From positions 22,010,001-22,074,000 of the forward strand of contig OX597816.1 of the NCBI GenBank assembly GCA_951406725.2: a stretch of DNA of 64,000 nt, read 5' to 3'. Within the stretch, counting starts at the first letter, position 1; each line of letters starts with the position of its first letter. The stretch is from Octopus vulgaris. Lineage: Eukaryota. A program made the translations under genes and the position numbers. The notes under the pieces were generated by a model that was given only the letters and a program-made list of their open reading frames with translations, was not told the DNA's origin and did not search any database. Shown here one piece after another: positions 26,131 to 40,139 of this stretch.

Positions 26131-27221
26131 CAATAGTGGGGATGTCAGTGGTGATGGTTCAGATTCACCTGTCATTTCTCCGGCCTTGATTATGTTTATA
26201 ATCTTATCCCCAAAGCTCATCAACTGTGTAATGTGCAAGACTACTTAGCACTGCTTGATAATGCCGCTGCCAAATTATATCTGCTTCCCGATTGAAAAGA
26301 AAATTAATATATTTTCACCAGTGAAGTTGGGGATTGCCAACATATTTTGCTCAATGATGACATACAAATCAGGAAGATAAGTGAATCCAAGCAACTTGGT
26401 TCCGATGTTGCTGAGAGCTAGAATGATTTCCTGACACTGTTGGGACATGTCTGGAGTATCTGCAACAAGTTGCAAAACTAAAGTTACTTAAGTGCTTCAA
26501 AGTCGAGAAGGCTGGGCTTCTTCAAATCATATACAGAAAACTCTCTTTTCTATTTTTCTACAGAGAAGGAACCATTGCTATGAAGAAGGAGCTTAATGTT
26601 CTCCTGAATGGAACATATACCAGAATTTTCAAGGGATTCCTGTAAGAAACAAAGAGGTTTGGGTAAGTTTTGCTAACGAGTATGTCATATTGTATAATAT
26701 ACATTGGAGATTTCCGCACACTAAATGAGGACGAAGCTGATTTCACTATGTTGGTTTCATTGGTAGAAGAGCATCACATCAAACCGAAGCTAATGTTGGG
26801 CAGAGATTCCTTACAAGATTTTACTAAGTTATTCTCGATTGCGGACAGCCAAAGAATACGAGCTTGTGCACACACACACACATATGTACACACACTCACA
26901 CACATACATACTATTACACTAACACACACATACACACCCACACACTCAAATACACGTACACTCATACATACATTCAAACACATGCACAGATACACACACA
27001 CACACTCATACATACATGCACTCATACACACACCCGTATCAATGACTCGAGCATTTCTCATTCACTTTCTTTTTCCTCAATTCTATCAGTCAAGATTCAG
27101 CTGTGACATCCCACGTTATCTTCTCTCTCTGCCTATCTCTGTCTCTTTCTTTGTCTCTCTCTACTCTATCTGTCTGTCTATCTGCTTTTCTGTCTCTGTC
27201 TCTCCTTTTCTCTCTTTCTCT

Positions 27222-27282
<61 letters not shown>

Positions 27283-27426
27283 AAGAGATAGGTAGGTAGA
27301 TCGTGAGAGAGTGCGAGAGACAGAGAAAGAGATAGTGAGAGAGAGAGAGAGAGATTTCAGAGGACTATATATTGGTTGATGCTTGTGTGTATACATACAC
27401 ATACACCTATATATACATAAATATAA

Positions 27427-27474
<48 letters not shown>

Positions 27475-27755
27475 TTATATATAGAGAGAGAGACACATGT
27501 ATGTATGTTTGTATGTATGTATGTATTTGTATGTGTGTATACAAGCAATGCAAAGAATGAAATTTGGACAAGGGAAGATTTGTTGATTGTCAAATAGAAT
27601 GAAAGATAAAGGAAATTGAAAAATGTAAAGAGGAATGAAGTGATAAAGAGAATAAAGATGATATACATTGATTGAAACATCACATGAAATAATCGATGTG
27701 GTTAGTTTGGACGTATATGTGGTGTCTGGCACGAAAGAGCAAGATAGCAGCTACT

Positions 27756-27804
<49 letters not shown>

Positions 27805-28388
27805 ACGGAAGAAAGGGAGATTCTTACCACTCTTTCCTTATCGGAGTAAACAACTCATTACTGCGACAATCAAATACAAAATTGGTCTTAATCGCAGTCA
27901 AAATTTACAAATCTATTTAATCCTGGCTTAAGGCACCTAACATAGCCTTCTTGAACTCTGTCGAGAATACTTGTCAATATAGTTCTTTTCATGATACATC
28001 TATTTTGCATTGCTAAAAGGAATCGGAGGAAATTAAAAACTCATAGCGCTTTAGTTATGTTGATTTGAACAGCAGACACGTCATGGTTCTCGTGCATTCA
28101 GAAAGCCATTTGGGCATTGAAACAAAAAGAGAAAGAAACAAACAATATATATACCAAATGCAAATAAACAAACATTCCGTTGCTGTTAGAGAAAGACAGG
28201 TTCGTTAATATCAGCTACATTTGTGTTATTTTTACTTCTTACTTTTTCCATGTTAGCATTGGTTCGTTGAGTCTTTAGCATAGCAAGATAACTAATGTTG
28301 TAAGAAATTAACTGCTTACCTTTCTTCCAGTATTTCTATGTATAAAGCCCATTCGGGACTTCTCACTGTAGTCGCAATTATTAATATA

Positions 28389-28783
28389 CTAGCAGTATCG
28401 CCCGGCGTTGCTCGGGTTTGTTTCGACCCCTTAGAATTGGAATTTTTGAAAAGTAAAAATTTTGCATCATGTAGATTGTTAAAAAAGTTTAAGTGGACAA
28501 TCTTCTGGTTGAAATACACCGAAAAAATGGCGACACAGCAGTCTAAAAATTGTAAAAGAAATAGGGATTTTCATAGGACAAAAGTACCTTTTTGATGTAA
28601 ATAATTTTTGGTCTTAACATTGTCCGATTTGAATTTTATCTTGTCCAGAATGAAGAGCAACCCTTCTTCTATCATACTCATAATTTTGTCAACTTGCGCC
28701 GCAGGGTCTCGGAAGAAATGGTGTTAGTTAAAGGCTACCAGACCAGCCATACACAGACAACTTCAGCTTTATAAATAGAGAGA
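28389..28783 (-). mobile_element. Non-autonomous Helitron
   Basis: Minus strand reads A|TCTCTCTATTTATAAAGC ... CCCGAGCAACGCCGGGCGATACTGCTAG|T. AT target site. Confidence 0.85.
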
Positions 28784-29164
28784 TTTGTCATTCTGCATGC
28801 ACCGTGCTATAGTATATCGTTCGCATTGTCATAATTATCTCCCCTGTACAAATATATTCAGTACACTGCTTAGTATACGTTAGATAGTCTCAATATTTCT
28901 CAATCACTTTCAGAAGTATTGTTTATTCACGAGTCACCCCTTGTCGAATTCAAACATATTTTCTTGAAATGTGTTATCCACTGCGTATAGCTGTATCATT
29001 TTGTGGTATGCTACGATTTTAGAAAATATTTGGCTATTATTTCTCGCAGTTAGTCGACCACTTGCAGGCTTTCCTGCTTGTTGTTGAATTGTAGTTTGAC
29101 ATTGCATACTTAACTGGATACGACTATACCGTTTCTCTATAGCCACAACAACGCATCGTCTGTA

Positions 29165-29240
<76 letters not shown>

Positions 29241-29443
29241 TTACATATATTTAAATTTATGTAAATAAGGATAAGATCGTTAATTTAAAAATAAAACAAC
29301 GATTTTATCAAGAGGTCAGCATGGAAAAAATAACCTTCAAAGGTAATAATTATTAAAATTATAAATTAGGGTATCTACGAGATACCACCATGCTGAAAAT
29401 AGCAGCCATGATCTGACTCTAAAACAACCTTAATTGTAATTAA

Positions 29444-29511
<68 letters not shown>

Positions 29512-29516
<5 letters not shown>

Positions 29517-29725
29517 ATCCAAACATGAAACCACCAAGAGATAACACAACAACGCGAGGACGTGGAACAAATATAGTATTATTGGACGCTCAGGAAAGAA
29601 GGGAAGAAGGAGGGTGTAACGTTTCGAGCGGAGCTCTTCGTCAGAAACGTAGGAAAAGGAAAGATCCAGAGAAGAGAGGACGGAGGAAAAAAATCGCCAA
29701 CGGTACATACGCAGTCACATTTTGA
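29512..29725 (-). mobile_element. Short HHR-bearing pLTR-like repeat (family H2), intact core
   Basis: HHR at 29614-29648 (-): GUUU CUGACGA A GAGC-UCC-GCUC GAAACGUU ACAC. Confidence 0.8.
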
Positions 29726-29810
29726 ATGCACGTGTATATAATATATATTTTTTGAATGCATATGTATATATGATCTGCATATATATATATATATATAATT
29801 ATATATATAT

Positions 29811-29846
29811 AATTGCTACAAATGAAGACAATACCTACGTACATGC

Positions 29847-29886
<40 letters not shown>

Positions 29887-29922
29887 TCATGTACGTAGGT
29901 ATTGTCTGCATTTGTAGCAATT
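29811..29922. repeat. Palindrome centred on (TA)n
   Basis: AATTGCTACAAATGAAGACAATACCTACGTACATG ... CATGTACGTAGGTATTGTCTGCATTTGTAGCAATT. Confidence 0.85.
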
Positions 29923-30275
29923 TCCTAAACTATTTCCACCCTGTTGTTAACCTAACACTTATGTATTCGCTAGAGTTCTACCGACCATACTTTTGTTAGA
30001 AACAGCACGGCCATTAATGATATCAATTATGGAGCTTGCCGGATGTTATCTATGGCATATAGCAAGCCGTATACTTACAATTCAGAAACTATTTCCATAC
30101 CAATCAGATACTATTTCAATCTCATTTAGTTGTCATCCAGATTCTAAACTGGCTACGTTCACTGAGCAAATATGAGATTTCAGAAAATCAATAAGGTATG
30201 AAATGAAGATTATCTGTTCCAAATAAGAAATACACATGCTCTTCAGAAACATTTCTTGAATCGCTCGGAAACAAT

Positions 30276-30494
30276 ATTCTTTTACTCTTTTACTTGTTAC
30301 ATTCATTTGACTGCGGCCATGCTGGAGCACCGCTTTTAGTCGAGCAACTCGACCCCGGGACTTATTCTTTTTGTAAGCCCAGTACTTATTCTATCGGTCT
30401 CTTTTTGCCGAACCGCTAAGTGACGGGGACGTAAACACACCAGCATCGGTTGTCAAGCAATGCTAGGGGAACAAGCACAGGCACACAAACACAC

Positions 30495-30543
<49 letters not shown>

Positions 30544-30708
30544 TACGACAGGCTTCTTTCAGTTTCCGTCTACCAAATCCACTCACAAGGCATTGGTCAG
30601 CCCGGGGCTATAGCAGAAGACACTTGCCCAAGGTGCCACGCAGTGGGACTGAACCCGGTACCATGAGGTAGGTTAGCAAACTACTTACCACACAGCCACT
30701 CCTGCGCC
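30276..30708 (-). mobile_element. tRNA-derived SINE family A, full length
   Basis: Reverse complement of the family A consensus, ending CCACTCCTGCGCC. Confidence 0.92.
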
Positions 30709-30724
30709 TTGTATTTACTTTTTT

Positions 30725-30942
30725 TTTTAGTTTTTACTTGTGACTGTGGCCATTTTGGAGCACCGCCTTTTTTGTGGAGGAAATCGACCCCAGGACTTAA
30801 TCTTTGTAAGCCTAGTACTTATTCTATCGGTCTCTTTGCCGAAACCGATAAGTTACGGGGATCTAAACACACCAGCATCGGTTGTCAAACGATGTTGGGT
30901 GGACCAACGCAGACACACAAACATATACACGCATACACACAC

Positions 30943-30989
<47 letters not shown>

Positions 30990-31216
30990 TACATATAAAA
31001 AGTTAATCCAAACATGAAAACACAAAGAGAAAACACAACAACGCGAGGATGTGGAACAAATATAGTATTATTGGACGCTCAGGACTGAAGTGAAGAAGGA
31101 GGAACTTACGTTTCGACGGAGCTCTTCGTCAGAAACATAGGAAAAGGAAAGATCCTGAGAAGGGAAGTCGGAGGAAGAAAAATCGCCAACGGTACACACG
31201 CGATCACATTTTGAAC

Positions 31217-31251
<35 letters not shown>

Positions 31252-31413
31252 GACGGGCGTCTTTCAGTTTCCGTTTACCAAATCCACTCACAAGGCTCTG
31301 GTCGGCCCGAGACTATAGTAGAAGACATTTGCCCAAGGTGCCACGCAGTGGGACTGAACGCGGAACCATGTGGTTGGTAAACAAGCTACTTACCACACAG
31401 CCACTCCTACGCC
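30725..31413 (-). mobile_element. SINE family A copy interrupted in its (TA)n linker by an H2 element
   Basis: 3' half at 30725-30990, 5' half at 31220-31413. Confidence 0.88.
31000..31215 (-). mobile_element. Short HHR-bearing pLTR-like repeat (family H2), nested in a SINE
   Basis: HHR at ~31103-31136 (-): GUUU CUGACGA A GAGCUCCGUC GAAACGUA AGUU. Confidence 0.78.
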
Positions 31414-31872
31414 TATTTAAAGAAAAGAAGCAAACATTCCACAATCAATCCAATTTAAATGTTCGATACTATTTAACATATCTTTCAGGAGCTTGTCAGA
31501 TTCTAAAATATCTCTGTTGATTTGGGATTCCTTGAAATTTGCAAGAAGTCCAAAATGTAATCTGTCTAATAGCAAACTGATGTTTTGTAAAGTAATTTAA
31601 AACGATGTAAATGCTGATTGCGTCTAGCAACGCTTTTCCAAATTTCACGTGTATTTCAGTGTGTTAGCACTCTGAAACTAATTCCTTTTTCTCACTAACA
31701 TATGTTCATATGAAGCTATTGGATTACAACTTATTCGTTAATTATCTTGTAATTACCAGTGTTTTCTGCGGTAATATATGCACAGTTGTATGGCATACAA
31801 ATATCTACTAAATTCCCAAGAGTTTTTCTTAAATTCTATTGCACTCAGATTCATTATTTATTGCATGTTGTT

Positions 31873-32174
31873 TTTGTTTGTTCCTTCTCGACCCAGGCCT
31901 GGCTCATAAGGGCCGGTTTCCTGGTTCCTTGGCGTATAGGTTCCCCACCTGGACGGGACGTCGGTCCGTCCCAGGAGAGTTGCCAGATACAAGAGGAAAG
32001 AGCAAGAGCAAGTTGTGGCAAAAGAGTCAGCAGAAGTTCGCCATTATCTTCTGCCGGAGCCGCGTGGAGCTTAGGTGTTTCGCTCATAAACACACACATC
32101 ACCCGGTCTGAGATTCGAACCCGTAATCCCACGATCGTAAGTCCGTTGCTCGAACCACTAGGCCATATGCCTCC
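31873..32174 (-). mobile_element. tRNA-derived SINE family C (GGAGGC.. head)
   Basis: Minus strand GGAGGCATATGGCCTAGTGG A box, GGTTCGAATC B box, then GTGTTTATGAGCGAAACACCTAAGCTCCACG shared with 48361 and 49420. Confidence 0.85.
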
Positions 32175-32447
32175 ATTATTTATTACATGCATAAGTAAAG
32201 AATTTAGCGGAAAATAACACTTGTTTAGAGCAGAGAAATCACCGGGAGAATCGCCTAAGTATTTCCAATAATTAAGAGAATCGTAAAATTTTGGCTGTCC
32301 ACCATATTGTTGAACTGAAAAATGGAGCACGTCTAAATATTAAAATGAGGACTGATTATAAAACGTCGTGTTTTGGTTCAGGCATTGTTTCAAATATTCA
32401 TCTTAGTATATTTTCACCTCCCTCTCATCCTCTTCGCCTCCATCGCC

Positions 32448-32453
32448 GTCATC

Positions 32454-32485
<32 letters not shown>

Positions 32486-32562
32486 CATCATATCTTCTTC
32501 TTCTTCTTCATCATCTTCTTCTTCTTCTTCTTCTTCTTCTTCTTCTTCTTCTTCTTCTTCTT

Positions 32563-32599
<37 letters not shown>

Positions 32600-32689
32600 G
32601 TCCTCCTTCTCCTTAATGCCACTACTACTACGTAGTAATAGTGGTAGTAGATGTAGTAGTAGTAGTAGCAGCAGCAGCAGCAGCGTCAT

Positions 32690-32738
<49 letters not shown>

Positions 32739-32772
32739 TGCAGCAGCACAGTGTTATTATTATTATTATTAT

Positions 32773-32822
<50 letters not shown>

Positions 32823-32823
32823 A

Positions 32824-32870
<47 letters not shown>

Positions 32871-32871
32871 A

Positions 32872-32935
<64 letters not shown>

Positions 32936-32936
32936 T

Positions 32937-32977
<41 letters not shown>
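32448..32977. repeat. Compound trinucleotide microsatellite (CAT)n(CTT)n(CTA)n...(TAG)n
   Basis: Directly visible. Confidence 0.95.
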
Positions 32978-32978
<1 letters not shown>

Positions 32979-33332
32979 CTATTACTTAATCACAAGTCCC
33001 CAATTGACACATGTCAATTCAATTTCAGTGTGACCTCACAGACCGGAGATCTCGCCGAAAGACGATGTTGAACGAAGCGTTGTGGAGAGTGCGTTGTGGA
33101 GAGTGCGTTGTGGAGAGTGCGATTAGAATAAATCAATAAAGTTTGGAAAAGAAGTATTAATAGAAAAGTACATTAGGCAACGATTTTGTTAAATTTAGGA
33201 AGTAATCGTATAGGATTTATACCCGACGTGCTGGTAGTGAGATAGTTCTTTGATTATTTATACACCGCGAAATACCAATGTTGATTTGTCAGTTCTATCA
33301 GAGTTGCATGCTATAAAGAACTGAGGAAAGAA

Positions 33333-33916
33333 TCTTTTCTACTCTAGGCACAAGGACAGAAAATTTTGGGGAGGGGCTCAGTCGATTAGATCGACCCCAA
33401 TATGAAGCTTGTATTTAATTTATCGACCCCGGAAGGATAAAAGGCAAAGTCGATCTCGGCGGAATTTGAACTCAGAACGTAGCGGCACACGAAATATCTA
33501 TTTTTTTATTACCCACAAAGGGCTAAACATAGAGGGGACAAACAAGGACAGACAAAGGGATTGAGTCGATTACATCGACCCCTGTGCGTAACTGGTACTT
33601 ATTTAATCGACCCTGGAATGATAAAAGGCAAAGTCGACATCGGTGGAATTTGAACTCAGAACGTAGCGGCAGACGAAATACCTATTTTTTTTATTACCCA
33701 CAAGGAGCTAATCACAGAGAAGATATACAAGGACAGCCACACGGATTAAGTCGAATATATCGACCCCAGTGCGTAACTGGTACTTATTTAATTGACCGCG
33801 AAAGGATGAAAGGCAAAGTCGACCTCAGCGGAATTTTGAACTCAGAACGTAACTGCAGACGAAATACGGCTACGCATTTCTTCCAGCGTGCTAACGTTTC
33901 TGCCAGCTCACTGCCT
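33333..33916 (-). mobile_element. SINE family B with three internally reiterated units
   Basis: Three AAAGGCAAAGTCGA..GGAATTTGAACTCAGAACG units at ~180-bp spacing; single head at 33916. Confidence 0.9.
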
Positions 33917-35522
33917 ACTATTCTGAGGAACTAATTGCAGAATTGCATCGAGAAAACATAGTTACAATTCAATTCTGCTGAATGGGTTGGATGCATGGTA
34001 GTCAATTCCAAAGTATTGTTTCAGGTTTTCTGTAGATCTTGGTTCAAATGTCCGTTGCTCTCACGCCGAGCGTCTCGAGATTGACCACTGCGCTTAGGCA
34101 TCTATGGATATCCCTGCACAATGAGCAGATGTGGTTGCATTTGTTGCTAAATTAGACTTAAGCGTAGTAACTTTGACACAGCTTCTATTAGCATAGCAGC
34201 TATCAAATTACCAATCTTTCAAGTCTAAATCCAAGGCATATCATACGCCTTTTTTCAAATTTCCTTGGCTGAAAAATAACATAGATTTCACTTTTGCTTG
34301 TGGGTTGACTAGTATGCATCGAGATTTAAAAATTGGTTTTTGAAAGCAGACTTCTTTGAAGAAATATATTTTACCACCCTTTCAAGATTGAGAACTATGT
34401 GTAAAAGAGTGAAAGAACGGCAATTTATCATTCAGCATATAGAACATTAACACTTTAAATCGACAACTGTAAAAAGTGGCTGTAAAAAAGTGAAAGAAAA
34501 AATATGAAATATGTATTATTAGCCAACTAAGGACAAAGTAATAAAGATCTTAGCCACATAGTAAAAATCGTTGTAACGCTCAATAAAGACAGAAAAGACA
34601 GAACAGTAACAGCGGTAACAGATAATTATCTGTTACGATAAATACTTAGGATAAAATATTGAACAGTTGAAGTAGCCACTAGTGATGTGGGGGAAACTGA
34701 AACAATGCAATTACAAAAACTAACCACTGGATACAGTAATACTGGTATCCAAAGCAATGTACATAACAGTTTAATTACGTATACAAATGACTAAATTAAT
34801 TCTTGTATGTAACAGAGATAGTCTTTGATTTCTCTTAGAAGTAAATGGGGAAAACTATAAGATGAAATATATGTGCATATTTATCTGAGTAACTCAGAAT
34901 TGGATGTATACGTTCTCGCATTAAAACGGTCGAATGTCCGTGGTAATTTGGAGCATAGAATAATATGCATAACAAATTTGGTATCGATTTTTGGTTGATT
35001 ATATAAGTTTTGAACAGAATATTTTATATATGATTAAAACAATTTCTTATCAGAACAAAAAAATATAACGCAAAAAATAAATGGCGAACATATATAATTA
35101 TATTACTCTGACTTACTGAAAGAAAATTCGTAATTGACAGTCACCTTGATCTCCTCCACATGGACTACATTAATTGTAATAAGGTTTCATACAGAAAAAA
35201 TATTTTATAGTATTAATATCTGCAACTATTCTGCCGATGCAGAGTAGCTATTGTCTAAAGAGCAGAATCTTACACTTTTAGCATATTATACTAATCATGG
35301 TTTCACATAGATCTATACATAATTTATCAGCCAGTAGACATCATAAGCTTTACCAAGAAATGAAGTTCATTCTCTTGTGTAAATGATGCAATGCATTGTA
35401 GATGAGATGAAGTTTTGAAGAATGAAATGTCTGTCTGTGTGGCACGGGTTTCACTCTCAATATTGTTACGAAATGGAATGAGAATTTGGGAATAGAATTT
35501 AAACGTCTTACATAAGACACAG

Positions 35523-35800
35523 TTAACCACTACGCTATATGCCCACGGGTGTATGGGGTAGTGGTTAAGAGTTCGGGCTACAAATGCCAAGATTACGAGT
35601 TCGATTCCAAGCAGTGACCTGAAAGATAATAATAATAATAATAATAAAATCGAAAAACACCTTAGGAATGAAAACCCAGGTTCAAAATTTCCCCAAGACA
35701 CCTGAAGAAGGCTGGGGGGGGGGTATATCAGCCGAAAGGTTGTGTTAACAAACACGATGAGGACATATCATTCGACGGATATTTGTCATCATCTTGTTAC
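35523..35800 (+). mobile_element. tRNA-headed, hammerhead-bearing SINE-like element (family H1)
   Basis: Head GGGTGTATGGGGTAGTGGTTAAGAG...GAGTTCGATTCC (35547-35608), (AAT)n, HHR at 35697-35746; inverted copy of the head at 35523-35544. Confidence 0.8.
35697..35746 (+). ncRNA. Type-I hammerhead ribozyme motif (family H1)
   Basis: GACAC CUGAAGA A GGCUG-loop-CAGCC GAAA GG UU GUGUU. Confidence 0.75.
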
Positions 35801-36339
35801 GTAAGACACTTCTTTCACTCAGGGGAGCACTATTTCAAAGAACGGATTTCACTTTCCACAGCACAGATTCTCTCTCTTCCTCACGCTCTTTTACACTCAC
35901 GAGCAAACACACATACACACACACACAAACACAAACAAACTAACTAACACTCACACACACCCACACACCTCTTTCATTGGGAAGTAAATTGAACTTAAGA
36001 ATAATGCTTAGGGATCACAATTAAAGCTTCCGGATACACTACAATTAGAATCGTTCCTGTAAGTAAAAGATTTCCCCGGAACTAAGAATATCTGGTTTTT
36101 GGATTTGGTTTGCAAGATCCTTTATATGATTTCGTGTGTTGAAGTATATTCTGTTGTGTCTGGGGAGAGTCCTTTTCTTTTTGTGCCTTATAATTTAACA
36201 CACTCACCGCTAAAATTTCCACTTCTTTCTTTATTTTTTCCTAAAAATTTTCCTAGTCAAGACTATTCAAAAGGTTGCAAGATGTAACGAAGAATCAAAA
36301 AGTAAACTGAAGTGACGACAAATAGTTATGCAGAGACTT

Positions 36340-36870
36340 GAATTAGGTTTCTTTGGTCATACATACTAAGTTCCTAGCAACTGTGGTGTTTTGGGGAGAC
36401 GTCACAACGAAGGAATTGTCCTGATTCCTCAGATCGTTTTGTCCACTGGGCTTAGGAATCAATGCTGCTGTCCACACAGCAGTGTCAAAAAAGTTATGAA
36501 GCCTTGGATAAACAGAGTTCGCAATAGACACCCATAAATATTCCAGCGAGACTCTTCACCGTCTCATAAGACTAAGACTAGCCAGGCGTGTACGTGTGCC
36601 AATCTCAATAATCATGTTACTCTAGACACATGGTTTCTTAGCTCACCAGACCCCATTCTACTGCACGCTTACGTGTGGGGTTTAGTCGAGAGAGAGAGAG
36701 AGATAGATAAATCAGCACATCCATGGCACCATATGATCTCTCAAATCCGCCATAACTAGTACTGTGTCCAAAATTGATAAAGATCATTTGATTCAGGCAT
36801 GTCATCGCTTCCGACACTGTATTGAAGCAACCATTTATGCTAACAATAAATTCATTGAATATATGTGATA
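36340..36870 (+). pseudogene. Tc1/mariner (DD37D/maT-like) transposase relic
   Basis: TKFLATVVFWG..CPLGLGINAAVH.. and LKSAITSTVSKIDKDHLIQACHRFRHCIEATIYANNKFIE; frameshifts and a (GA)n insertion. Confidence 0.7.
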
Positions 36871-37149
36871 AAAGCATTTCAAAGATTATGTGAACTATTT
36901 TGTTTTCAAACAGCTTTCCTTTGATGAATTATGCGTCCTCTTCTAAACTCATACTAACAATCTCACTAAAACGATGCATCCTGTACGCTGCGAGAATATA
37001 AATACATTCGAGAAAAACAAAAGGTATATAATTACGTTTGCATAACGTCGTGCGAAGCGATGTAATCGATGTTTGAGTTTCTATTAGTATCTGCATTTTA
37101 AATTTTTTACCATCTTCAAGACTACGATTATACTATGGCGAACAGGCTT

Positions 37150-37369
37150 ACTCGCACTCTTATTTGTTTCAGTCATTTGACTGTGGCCATTCTAGAGCAT
37201 CGCCTTTAGTCGAGCAAATCGAACCCAGAACTTATTTTTTGTAAGCCTAGTACTTATTCTATCGGTCTCTTTTTGCCGAACCACTAGTTACGGGGACGTA
37301 AACACACCACATGCGGTTGTAAAGCGATATTTGGGGGACAAACACAAACACACAAACGCGCACACACAT

Positions 37370-37401
<32 letters not shown>

Positions 37402-37553
37402 GTATACGACGGGCTTCTTTCAGTTTCCGTCTACCAAATTCACTCACAAGGATTTGGTCGGTCCGAGGCTATAGTAGAAGACACTTGCCCAAGGTGCCAC
37501 GCAGTAGGAATTAACCCGGAACAATGTGGTTGGTAAGCAAGCTACTTATCACA
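37150..37553 (-). mobile_element. tRNA-derived SINE family A
   Basis: Reverse complement of the family A body; extreme 5' end missing. Confidence 0.9.
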
Positions 37554-38543
37554 ACAATAAGTAATTACCAGTTAGTATTAATTGGTTGGTAGCTACTCAC
37601 GAATTATTGTAAAATGTAATTTGATAAAAGATATCCTAGCCTTGATTTCCCCGAAAATATGGATTTCCCCAAAAATCCACCTTACTGCAAGTTAATACAA
37701 AGAATGACTTAAGACTGAGTTTGAGATACAAACAGTGTAAGAAACAACTTTCTCCAGCTGAGACATGTGAAGCGCACAATCCCTTGAAGAAATTAACATA
37801 TATGAACTTTTAATGAATTCAGACAACCGCAGAGTATGCAACTGAGTTTTGAACGGCAGCAAGGTTAATCTTAATGCAGTTGTGCATACATTATATCGGT
37901 ATGATAGAAAGTAAGTGAAAGCAAAGATATGCGTACCAGGTTTGTTTTATGGGAAAGTAAAATGTAACATATTCAAAAATTCAATTTTGCCTACATGTCC
38001 AAAACGACGCGGCATTTCATTGACATACAACGGAGTAATCAAATATTTTCACTGTCATACAATGGAATAATCTGGTATTTTCAAGTTCTAAAGAATACAG
38101 GAATGGAGAAAAACGGTGTATGTTGCATACGTGTACAGGACCGTTAGTTAATCTGATGTCTATGACTTTTAGTTAATCTGATGTCTATTTAAATTTCAAA
38201 TAGGAGTCTTTTGCATCAGCTTACCATTATATAAATAGCACCTGAAAAACAACGAATTTACAAAGACAATCGATTGGATAAGGTAGCATTCAGATAGTTG
38301 AAACGTGTGCTTACAAAATCTTGTTTTTCTTCGAATATATATGAGCAACTGCTTAACATATTTCGTCCTTTATATGTTGTGGATTTTACCTTAATTATCA
38401 TAAAGATTTACGATGGCAACTTTTGATTCCAACACAATATATCACATAATTTTAGTTCTTCAGTCATGAGACGAGTTATTTATTATCTCATGAGTGAAAG
38501 ATTTTACCATTATGGATTTATATTTCCATATATAATTCTGGGT

Positions 38544-38925
38544 GGAGGCACAATGGTCCAGTGGTTAGTGCAGCGAACATGCGGTCGCAGGATCGCGGTT
38601 TCGATTGCCAAACCGGGCGTTGTGAGTGTTTTGTTGAGCGAAAACGCCTAAAGCACCACGAGGCTCTGGCAAGGGATGGTAGCGAACCCTGCTGTAATCT
38701 TTCACCACAACTTTCTCTCACACTTTCTTCCTGTTTCTGTTGTACCCGTATTTCAAAGGGCCACCCTTGTTACATACTGTGTCTTACAGAATCTCTCTGA
38801 GAACTACGTTAAGTGTGCATGTGTTTGTGGAGTGCTCAGCCACTTGCTCACTAATTTCAAGAGCAGGCTGTTCTGTTGAGTGGAGCAACTGGAACGTTCC
38901 TCATCGAAACCGACGGAGTGCTGTA
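38544..38925 (+). mobile_element. tRNA-derived SINE family C
   Basis: GGAGGCACAATGGTCCAGTGG head; body homologous to 48361-48742. Confidence 0.85.
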
Positions 38926-39337
38926 GTAATAATTCCGGATTACTTAATGTCCACCAAGCAAGATATAATTTCATAAATGTTGCGACGCAGTATATAAAAT
39001 ATTCAAAATACTCTTATGCTATTAAATTGAGATGTTTTGCATATTTGCATGTTTCTCTAATTGTTTGATTTAATCAGGGCTTTAGAAAAAAATTAGTACC
39101 GATCAGTGTATAATTAATAAATTAGATTTATATATCTATCACGCGTTGATGCTGAATTGCGTAATTCAAAGGATTTATCGCTAAGGTAAGCCATTTTTTC
39201 CATTTTTAGCTTTAAAATTATTTATTGATATATGTCGCTTTTTCTCGTTTGATGATGATTTCAAGTGAAAAAATAGCTGACATAATATGTAACAGGAAGT
39301 CACGAATTATAACACACACATACATATGCGCACACAC

Positions 39338-39396
<59 letters not shown>

Positions 39397-39613
39397 ACTA
39401 TATCTATATATATAGCGATATATATGTTTATATTTATATATCTATAACTAAATATATATGTATATATTATATGATATATGCAAGCCGCATGTACTCAGTG
39501 CTTCTAGATAATGGAATATATAACAGGTTTAACATTTATCTCTTAAAGTGCCATCGGTTAATATCTAACGAAAAATAGTTTGCATTTATATGTATATATG
39601 TATGGACTGTATA

Positions 39614-39655
<42 letters not shown>

Positions 39656-39779
39656 CATGTATATGTATATATATATACAGATATATATACATATACATAT
39701 ACATGTATGTGTATATATATATACAGATATATATACATATATATATATACATACATATATATATACATATGTATATATG

Positions 39780-39855
<76 letters not shown>

Positions 39856-40013
39856 TATATATACATATATACAACACACACGAACGCACACACATACATT
39901 TATGATGTATTCTTTTTTTATTTTTTGCTGAATAATTGTTTATCTTGCAAATGCTTTAATATTGAGGTGCAATGAGAATCCAAAATGTGGATTTTTATAT
40001 ATCTTATTGATTA

Positions 40014-40105
<92 letters not shown>

Positions 40106-40139
40106 GTCATATACACTCAACGACTTAGACAGTTGGAAA

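Noticed and set aside
26230-26860. Possible RTE-like RT remnant on the minus strand
   Set aside because: Only vague motif resemblance; catalytic motifs not readable.
33077-33121. GCGTTGTGGAGAGT x3, superficially CRISPR-like
   Set aside because: Direct tandem with no spacers; simple 14-bp minisatellite in eukaryotic DNA.
35547-35620. tRNA gene calls for SINE heads (also 49420, 61842, 63251)
   Set aside because: A/B boxes are present but acceptor stems do not close, and each continues into repeat bodies; these are SINE heads, not tRNA genes.
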